Part shown: in pieces, positions 26,887 to 32,000 of the stretch
Numbering within the stretch: position 1 is the first letter of the stretch
How the letters are laid out: every line of letters starts with the position of its first letter
From: Aquifex aeolicus VF5
Lineage (GTDB): Bacteria > Aquificota > Aquificia > Aquificales > Aquificaceae
Length of the DNA: 32,000 bases
Direction of reading: 5' to 3'
Assembly (NCBI RefSeq): GCF_000008625.1
Contig: NC_000918.1
Location: 1,200,001-1,232,000, forward strand
The notes under the pieces: model-generated
What the model saw: the letters and a program-made list of their open reading frames with translations, nothing else
Databases searched by the model: none
Told to the model about the DNA's origin: nothing
Made by a program: the position numbers and the translations under genes

Positions 26887-27642
26887 TTACCGTAATTTAT
26901 TTTTTGTAATTTGAAGCTCCTTCAAATAAGCATACTTTGTGAAATTGAAAAAAGCGTAGGATGCCGAAATAAGGAAGCCCCTCCATCCGTCCAGAAATCC
27001 ACGCTTCATTATGAAAAACTTAAAAAAAGTCCACACAGGTCTTGTGAAAAGTTCGTAATTTTTTACTATCCTTCCATTTTTGTATAAAATTTCTGCGGAA
27101 ATCTTTGAATACTTTAAGTTCTTAGAAAAGAACTCGTCTAAATTTTTGAATGAGTAGTGGTATAAATCTCCCTTTAACTTCCCTATACTTCCAGAACACT
27201 TTACAACTTCGTGCAATTCTCCTTCGTACTTGACTTTATCCTTTTTAAATACTCTTATTCTCCACTCGGGATAAAGGGTGTGATTTAAAAATTTACCCAT
27301 AAAGTAAGTTCTTCTGTTTACCACGTAGCAGTCGTGTTTAGGGAATTTTAAAGTTTCCTTTATACTCCTTTTGAGTTCCTCAGAGACTTCTTCATCTGCA
27401 TCAAGGACGAAAACCCATTTATTGTTTGTCTTCGAAATCGCAAAACTGACTTGATCGGGATAATTCGTAAAGTCTCTAAATATCACTCTTGCTCCAAGCT
27501 CTTTGGCAATTTCCACGGTTCTGTCCGTTGAGCCGGAATCAATTACCAGTATCTCATCCGCAATTTCTTTTACACTCTTTATAGCTCTTGCTATGTTTCT
27601 CTCTTCATTTTTAGTTAGTATTACCACAGATAGCCTGTCCAT
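26887..27642 (-). CDS. Family 2 glycosyltransferase (LPS-core/envelope type)
   Basis: 251 aa with VVILTKNEE, IDSGSTD and LDADE motifs, and a C-terminal GFLDGWRG motif seen in LPS-core GT2 enzymes. Confidence 0.85.
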   Translation of the reverse strand: MDRLSVVILTKNEERNIARAIKSVKEIADEILVIDSGSTDRTVEIAKELGARVIFRDFTNYPDQVSFAISKTNNKWVFVLDADEEVSEELKRSIKETLKFPKHDCYVVNRRTYFMGKFLNHTLYPEWRIRVFKKDKVKYEGELHEVVKCSGSIGKLKGDLYHYSFKNLDEFFSKNLKYSKISAEILYKNGRIVKNYELFTRPVWTFFKFFIMKRGFLDGWRGFLISASYAFFNFTKYAYLKELQITKNKLR

Positions 27643-27659
27643 TGGTAATATAAAGTACT

Positions 27660-28937
27660 ATGAAAAAGAAGCTTATCGGGATTCTATTGGTTTTAGTAGT
27701 TATAGTAGCCTTAGGGTTTTACTTCCTCGTCTTGACCAAACCCAGAGTTTTGAACGTTGAAGAATTCTCATCAATCCCGAGGAAGAAAATTGTAAGACTC
27801 AAGATAGAACACGCTGATAAAGCTCAATTACTACGAGTTTTAATTCTCCAGAACGGGAAAGAGTATGTGGTATACGAAGGGAAACCTATGCCTGAAGTTC
27901 TACTGGAGATACATCCCAAAAAGCTTGGTTTAAAGGAAGGAGAGGCAGAGGTAGTTATAGAACTCTCAAGATTTTACTTTTTGAAAGAAAAGTATTCAAT
28001 ACGTTCCCATATAGATTACACACCTCCTCTCGTGAACGTAGTATTTTCCCCTTACGCGGTTATGAACGGAGGAAGCGGAGCTGTTAGAGTAAGTGTAAGT
28101 GAAGAATCGGATTTAAAACTGAGCGTTAAGGACTTAATATTTCCTTTTTACAAGATAGCTGGAAACACTTACTTTTCTTTATTCGGAGTTCCCATAGATT
28201 TTTCTCCTTCAGATTCAATTAAGATTATCGCTAAAGACAAGGTAGGCAACGAAAGTGTGGTTCTTGTTCCCGTGAGAATAAGACAAAAGCACTATCCCGT
28301 TTATAAGATTGAACTAAAAGGAAGGGAAAAGGTTTTAATACCTAAACTTTCAAGTTTACTAGGTGAGGAGATAAATAAAAGTAACTTCATCCAAGCTTTT
28401 AAGAAGGTCAATGAAGATTTAAGAAGGGAAAATGAAGAAAAAATTTCGGAAATTGGAAAGAAATCTGAAGAAAGAATTTACTGGAGCGGCAAGTTTTTGC
28501 AGTTAAAAAACAGCAAGGTAGTTTCCCTTTATGGAGAAAAAAGGATATATACCTACGGGGGAAAGCAAATAAGCACGAGCTACCACTGGGGTTACGACTT
28601 AGCATCGGTTAAAAATTCACCTGTGGAAGCTTCAAATTCAGGAAGGGTTGTATTCACAGGATTTTTGGGGATTTACGGCAATACTGTAATAATAGACCAC
28701 GGGTACGGTCTCATGAGTATATACTCTCACCTTGCGGAATTTAGAGTAAAGGAAGGTGATATAGTGAAAAAGGGACAGATTATAGGCGTAACGGATACCA
28801 CAGGACTAGCTTTCGGGGATCACCTTCACTTCGGTATTATGATTAACGGACTTCCCGTAAATCCGATAGAGTGGTGGGATAAGAAGTGGATAAAGAACAA
28901 CATACTGCCGGCGATTCAATCAAGTACCAGCAGGTGA
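27660..28937 (+). CDS. Membrane-anchored M23 (LytM-domain) peptidase
   Basis: 425 aa with an N-terminal TM anchor. C-terminal HWGYDLA (HxxxD) and GDHLHFG (HxH) metal-site motifs. Confidence 0.88.
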   Translation: MKKKLIGILLVLVVIVALGFYFLVLTKPRVLNVEEFSSIPRKKIVRLKIEHADKAQLLRVLILQNGKEYVVYEGKPMPEVLLEIHPKKLGLKEGEAEVVIELSRFYFLKEKYSIRSHIDYTPPLVNVVFSPYAVMNGGSGAVRVSVSEESDLKLSVKDLIFPFYKIAGNTYFSLFGVPIDFSPSDSIKIIAKDKVGNESVVLVPVRIRQKHYPVYKIELKGREKVLIPKLSSLLGEEINKSNFIQAFKKVNEDLRRENEEKISEIGKKSEERIYWSGKFLQLKNSKVVSLYGEKRIYTYGGKQISTSYHWGYDLASVKNSPVEASNSGRVVFTGFLGIYGNTVIIDHGYGLMSIYSHLAEFRVKEGDIVKKGQIIGVTDTTGLAFGDHLHFGIMINGLPVNPIEWWDKKWIKNNILPAIQSSTSR

Positions 28938-29527
28938 CACGTATCGTTAAGGCTCTTTAAGTAAAACCTTTCTCCATCGTACTCAAGAAGGGATATTCCC
29001 GTGTTGTCCATGTGGATGTGCCACATCTTTTCAAGCCCTATCCCGAGAGCGAGACATAGAAGTCCGTGGAGCGTCCCGCCGTGCCCTACGACCGCTAAAA
29101 CCTTCTCTTTTCTACTTTTTAAATCTTCCAAGAATTCCTTAATCCTCTTTTCAAACTCCTTTATGTCTTCCTGCGTTGGGAGAGGATATTTTACAGGGTC
29201 CTTGAGCCAGTTTATTATCATTTCCTTATTTTCTTCAAACATAGTCCAGAAGTGCCTTCCCTCGAGCACTCCGAAGGACATCTCCCTAATCCTTTCATCC
29301 ACGATCAGGTCAATTCCTAGCACGTCGGAGAGGGTGAGAGCGGTCTTGTAAGCCCTCCTCTGGGGTGAGGTTATTATTACCTCTGGCTTTTCTCTCTCAA
29401 ATTGTTTTACAAGAAGTCTTGACTGAACGAAACCGAGGGGTGTTAAATCACTGTCCAGTCTTCCCTGAAATATTCCCTTTTCGTTATACTCACTCTGTGC
29501 GTGCCTTATGAGATATATCTTCTTCAT
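28916..29527 (-). CDS. Histidine phosphatase family protein (phosphoglycerate mutase / alpha-ribazole phosphatase-like)
   Basis: I trimmed the tracked ORF (to 29578) to the ATG at 29525-29527, which gives MKKIYLIRHAQSEYN (the RH catalytic motif right at the N-terminus). That ATG overlaps the upstream ORF stop as ATGA. GHGGTL motif near the C-terminus. Confidence 0.82.
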   Translation of the reverse strand: MKKIYLIRHAQSEYNEKGIFQGRLDSDLTPLGFVQSRLLVKQFEREKPEVIITSPQRRAYKTALTLSDVLGIDLIVDERIREMSFGVLEGRHFWTMFEENKEMIINWLKDPVKYPLPTQEDIKEFEKRIKEFLEDLKSRKEKVLAVVGHGGTLHGLLCLALGIGLEKMWHIHMDNTGISLLEYDGERFYLKSLNDTCHLLVLD

Positions 29528-29817
29528 ATCTGCTCGAATAAGACGTCGAGAACTTGCGGTTGAATATCTATTTCCCACTCCTGATAGTAGTACTCTTTAT
29601 TTACAACGGTAACTACACCTAAGTTTTCAAGGTAAAGTAAGACTTTTGCAAGGTTTACAAGTCCACAAATTTGGGCGGATTTTAACTCCTTTATCTTCAC
29701 TCTTGGTATAGGGCGGTCTGCGTTTTTGAATATTTCGAGAAGCTCCTGTTTTACATGGTAGTAAAGTGTTTCAAAGTCACAGGGACCTCCTTTTGGGTTT
29801 AATCCTTCCCTATACAA
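29524..29817 (-). CDS. 97-aa conserved-looking hypothetical protein, possibly winged-helix-like
   Basis: TTG start at 29815-29817, preceded by a perfect SD GGAGGTGA (29828-29821). It overlaps the murE 3' end by 19 nt and the downstream start by 4 nt. The segment ICGLVNLAKVLLYLENLGVVTVV resembles a recognition helix plus wing. Confidence 0.55.
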   Translation of the reverse strand: MYREGLNPKGGPCDFETLYYHVKQELLEIFKNADRPIPRVKIKELKSAQICGLVNLAKVLLYLENLGVVTVVNKEYYYQEWEIDIQPQVLDVLFEQI

Positions 29818-31208
29818 CCATCACCTCCGAGGATTTCTTTAACAACTTGAGCGTCACTGAAAGGATATTTTACACCTTTTATTTCCTGATAGTCCTCGTG
29901 TCCCTTTCCGAGAATGGCTACCATGTCACCTTCTTTTGCCATATCTATAGCCTTTTTTATTGCTTTCCTCCTGTCCGCTTCAATTATTACTTTGTCCTTT
30001 TCACTTATTCCATCAAGGATATCCTCTATAATTTTTTCCGGCTCTTCATCCCGAGGATTGTCCGAGGTAAGGATTATTAAGTCGCTGTACTTCTCCGCCG
30101 CCTTTCCCATGAGCGGTCTCTTTTCTCTGTCCCTGTTTCCTCCTGCTCCGAAAACAGATATGAGTTTTCCTTTACTTAATTTCCGTGCGGTTCTCAGGAC
30201 GTTTTCAACGGCGTCGGGCGTGTGAGCGTAATCAATTATGACGGTAAATTTATCCGAATGTACAACTTCAAACCTTCCGGGAACGTTTACGCACTTTAAG
30301 GCTCTTTGAATAAGGTCCGGTTCTATACCTTTCCACAGGGCGTAAGCTATAGCCGCGGAGAGGTTGTAAGCCTGAAAATCTCCTATTAAGTTTGTGCTAA
30401 ATTCGTACTCTTTTCCTTTAAAGGCAATCCTTAACGCACTTCCCCTAAAGTCCGTTCGGAAGTTCAGAATTTTCAAGTCTCCCTTCTTGCCATAAGTTAT
30501 AATTTCCCCGTGTGTAATTTTCAGCAATCTTTTTCCATAGGTGTCATCTGCGTTTATTATCTTTACCTTTGATTCGTACTCCGTAAAGAGCTTTGCCTTC
30601 GACGCAAAGTAATCCTCCATTGTTTTGTGATAATCTAAGTGATCCTGAGAGAGGTTTGTGAAAAGGACCGCTTCAAACCTTGTGGGATAAACTCTGTACT
30701 GATCAAGGGCGTGGGAAGAGATTTCGGCAACTACGTTCTTTGCCCCGAGTTCGTAAAATTCCTTTAAAGTCCTGTGCCAGGTTATCTGATCAGGAGTAGT
30801 TCTGCCGCTTCCTAAAATTTTTTCTCCGAGCCTGTAATAAATTGTTCCAATCAGTCCTGTCTTTTCTCCTGCTTCCAGAAGTATTTTCTCTATTAGGTGT
30901 GTGGTAGTGGTCTTTCCGTTTGTTCCTGTAATTCCTATTACGTTTAGCCTTTCGGAGGGTTTACCGAAAAATTCGTGAGCCGATTTGCCGAGGGCTTTTC
31001 TCGTATCCTCAACGATTATCACAGGAACTTTAGAACTTACAGGTCTTTCAACGACTACCGCGTAAGCCCCTCTTTCTTCCGCTTCCCTTATAAAGTTATG
31101 ACCGTCAAACCTTGTTCCCTTTATGGCGAAGAAAAGGTAACCTTTCTTTACTTCCTTTGAGTTTAAAGTTATTCCTTTTACACGTTTCAGTATAAAGCTC
31201 AGATCCAT
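29799..31208 (-). CDS. murE: UDP-N-acetylmuramoyl-L-alanyl-D-glutamate--2,6-diaminopimelate ligase
   Basis: I trimmed the tracked ORF (to 31247) to the ATG at 31206-31208 (MDLSFILKRV...), because the 13-codon extension runs into the tRNA gene. GITGTNGKTTT P-loop and the DNPR motif (TSDNPRDE). Confidence 0.93.
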   Translation of the reverse strand: MDLSFILKRVKGITLNSKEVKKGYLFFAIKGTRFDGHNFIREAEERGAYAVVVERPVSSKVPVIIVEDTRKALGKSAHEFFGKPSERLNVIGITGTNGKTTTTHLIEKILLEAGEKTGLIGTIYYRLGEKILGSGRTTPDQITWHRTLKEFYELGAKNVVAEISSHALDQYRVYPTRFEAVLFTNLSQDHLDYHKTMEDYFASKAKLFTEYESKVKIINADDTYGKRLLKITHGEIITYGKKGDLKILNFRTDFRGSALRIAFKGKEYEFSTNLIGDFQAYNLSAAIAYALWKGIEPDLIQRALKCVNVPGRFEVVHSDKFTVIIDYAHTPDAVENVLRTARKLSKGKLISVFGAGGNRDREKRPLMGKAAEKYSDLIILTSDNPRDEEPEKIIEDILDGISEKDKVIIEADRRKAIKKAIDMAKEGDMVAILGKGHEDYQEIKGVKYPFSDAQVVKEILGGDGCIGKD

Positions 31209-31219
31209 ATAAAGCACAC

Positions 31220-31312
31220 TGGCGGAGGGGGTGGGATTCGAACCCACGGGCGGGCCTGTAACCCGCCAAGGGATTTCAAATCCCCCGCCTTCGTCCGCTC
31301 GGCCACCCCTCC
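31220..31312 (-). tRNA. tRNA-Ser (anticodon UGA), CCA encoded
   Basis: The reverse complement folds as a cloverleaf.
- Acceptor stem GGAGGGG/CCCCUCC.
- Anticodon stem GGGGA/UCCCU with loop UUUGAAA (anticodon UGA).
- Long variable arm GGCGGG/CCCGCC.
- T-arm GUGGG-UUCGAAU-CCCAC.
- Discriminator G followed by CCA. Confidence 0.93.
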
Positions 31313-31321
31313 TTCTAATAT

Positions 31322-31351
31322 ATTATCCACCACCGTACTCAGAAGCGTCAA
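31322..31351 (-). promoter_or_regulatory. Sigma70-like promoter directly upstream of tRNA-Ser, embedded in the 3' end of the preceding CDS
   Basis: The minus strand reads TTGACG (31351-31346), N18, GATAAT (31327-31322). The TAA stop of the 102-aa ORF is part of the -10 box. Nine nt separate the -10 box from the mature tRNA 5' G at 31312. Confidence 0.4.
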
Positions 31352-31631
31352 TCTCAGACTCAAACTCCTGAATAAAGAACTCCACTTCCCTTACAATCTC
31401 ATCGATATCCTTTTTAATAAGGTGTTCAAAGAGCTCTATTTTTCTTTCGTGAGCATGGTCATCTTCTACGTAGTACCTCACCCTTATGTAGGGGAGTTGC
31501 ATTTTAGGATCGAAATCGGGATCTTCGGGAGTCACAACGTCTACATCTACATTTATCCCTTCCGTTTTATTCTTAAAGATTTCCTTCAACTCTAAAATCT
31601 TTGTTTTGTACTTTGTCCAGTCGTACTTCAC
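31323..31631 (-). CDS. 102-aa acidic hypothetical protein ending in YGGG
   Basis: Clean ORF with biased but protein-like composition. No recognisable motif. It ends 10 nt before the tRNA. Confidence 0.55.
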   Translation of the reverse strand: MKYDWTKYKTKILELKEIFKNKTEGINVDVDVVTPEDPDFDPKMQLPYIRVRYYVEDDHAHERKIELFEHLIKKDIDEIVREVEFFIQEFESEIDASEYGGG

Positions 31632-31708
31632 AATAATTTTAATAATATTTGAGCGATATACCTTATGTCAAGGTAAATAAGCGAAAAGGGAAAGGAAAAA
31701 AGATTGAC

Positions 31709-31942
31709 TTAAACGTATATCGGTTCTGTGAATTCACTTATACCAGTTTCCAGTCTTGTGAGTATCGCTTTTCCTCTGAGTGAGTTTACAGGAACCCTTT
31801 CTTCTCCGCTTTCTTTAACAATTACTATGTTGTCCTCCTCAATTCTTATTTCCAGAGGAGGATTTCCAGTGGACTTGTCAAGTATGTTTTTATCCCTTAA
31901 AATATCTTGTCCATATACCTTTGCTTCTGCTACTGCGGGCAT
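31709..31942 (-). CDS. 77-aa hypothetical protein
   Basis: I trimmed the tracked ORF (GTG at 31951) to the ATG at 31940-31942, which lies 8 nt after AAGGAGG (the tracked GTG sits inside the SD). No recognisable family. Confidence 0.5.
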   Translation of the reverse strand: MPAVAEAKVYGQDILRDKNILDKSTGNPPLEIRIEEDNIVIVKESGEERVPVNSLRGKAILTRLETGISEFTEPIYV

Positions 31943-32000
31943 GGTTCTCACCTCCTTTGTTTTCTTTTCTCTTTTTTATTTATTCCTTTTTTGTTTCACG

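Noticed and set aside
31209-31247. 13-codon N-terminal extension of murE (MGSNPTPSASVLY)
   Set aside because: It reads through the acceptor and T arms of the tRNA-Ser gene. A conserved MurE-like N-terminus begins at the ATG at 31206-31208.

Overview
This is a densely packed, almost entirely coding 32-kb chromosomal segment with a hyperthermophile-style signature: K/E/I/V-rich proteins, AT-rich spacers and sharply GC-rich RNA islands. Gene content and order look to me like Aquifex aeolicus or a very close relative, but that is recollection and I could not verify it. All product calls rest on motif recognition in the supplied translations; no searches were run.

I support about 40 CDS:
- Left end to 6.3 kb: ribE (partial), pfkA, metE, argF, flgI, flgH.
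- 6.4-9.2 kb: fabG-acpP-fabF-maf.
- 9.2-12.4 kb: a truD-ffh-hemerythrin-small membrane ORF string.
- 12.4-17.4 kb: a DegT-type aminotransferase, lepA, and a tightly coupled TusA/DsrE/DsrF-like operon with two micro-membrane ORFs and a PanE-like reductase.
- 17.4-26.3 kb: pheT, 5-formyl-THF cyclo-ligase, RNase Y, a DnaJ-like protein, cfa, ispH, a CPHC thioredoxin-fold protein and a half-size EamA transporter.
- 26.9-32 kb: a GT2 glycosyltransferase, an M23 peptidase, a histidine phosphatase, a 97-aa ORF, murE and two small unknown ORFs.

Non-coding features:
- tRNA-Ser(UGA), wedged 10-11 nt from the CDS on either side.
- A rod-shaped GC-rich RNA that I call 6S RNA, upstream of the cyclo-ligase gene, followed by an SD-sequestering hairpin.
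- A 4-repeat, 3-spacer orphan CRISPR array with a 280-nt leader.

I see no transposases, integrases or cas genes.

The most interesting items are:
- the sulfur-relay-like operon chained by ATGA overlaps;
- the orphan CRISPR and its repeat-like leader fragments;
- the tRNA embedded in an mRNA operon, with a promoter that places the transcription start at about the mature 5' end;
- widespread apparently leaderless first genes, some with mirror-symmetric or overlapping divergent -10 boxes;
- the fact that all six convergent CDS pairs overlap by 20-30 nt.
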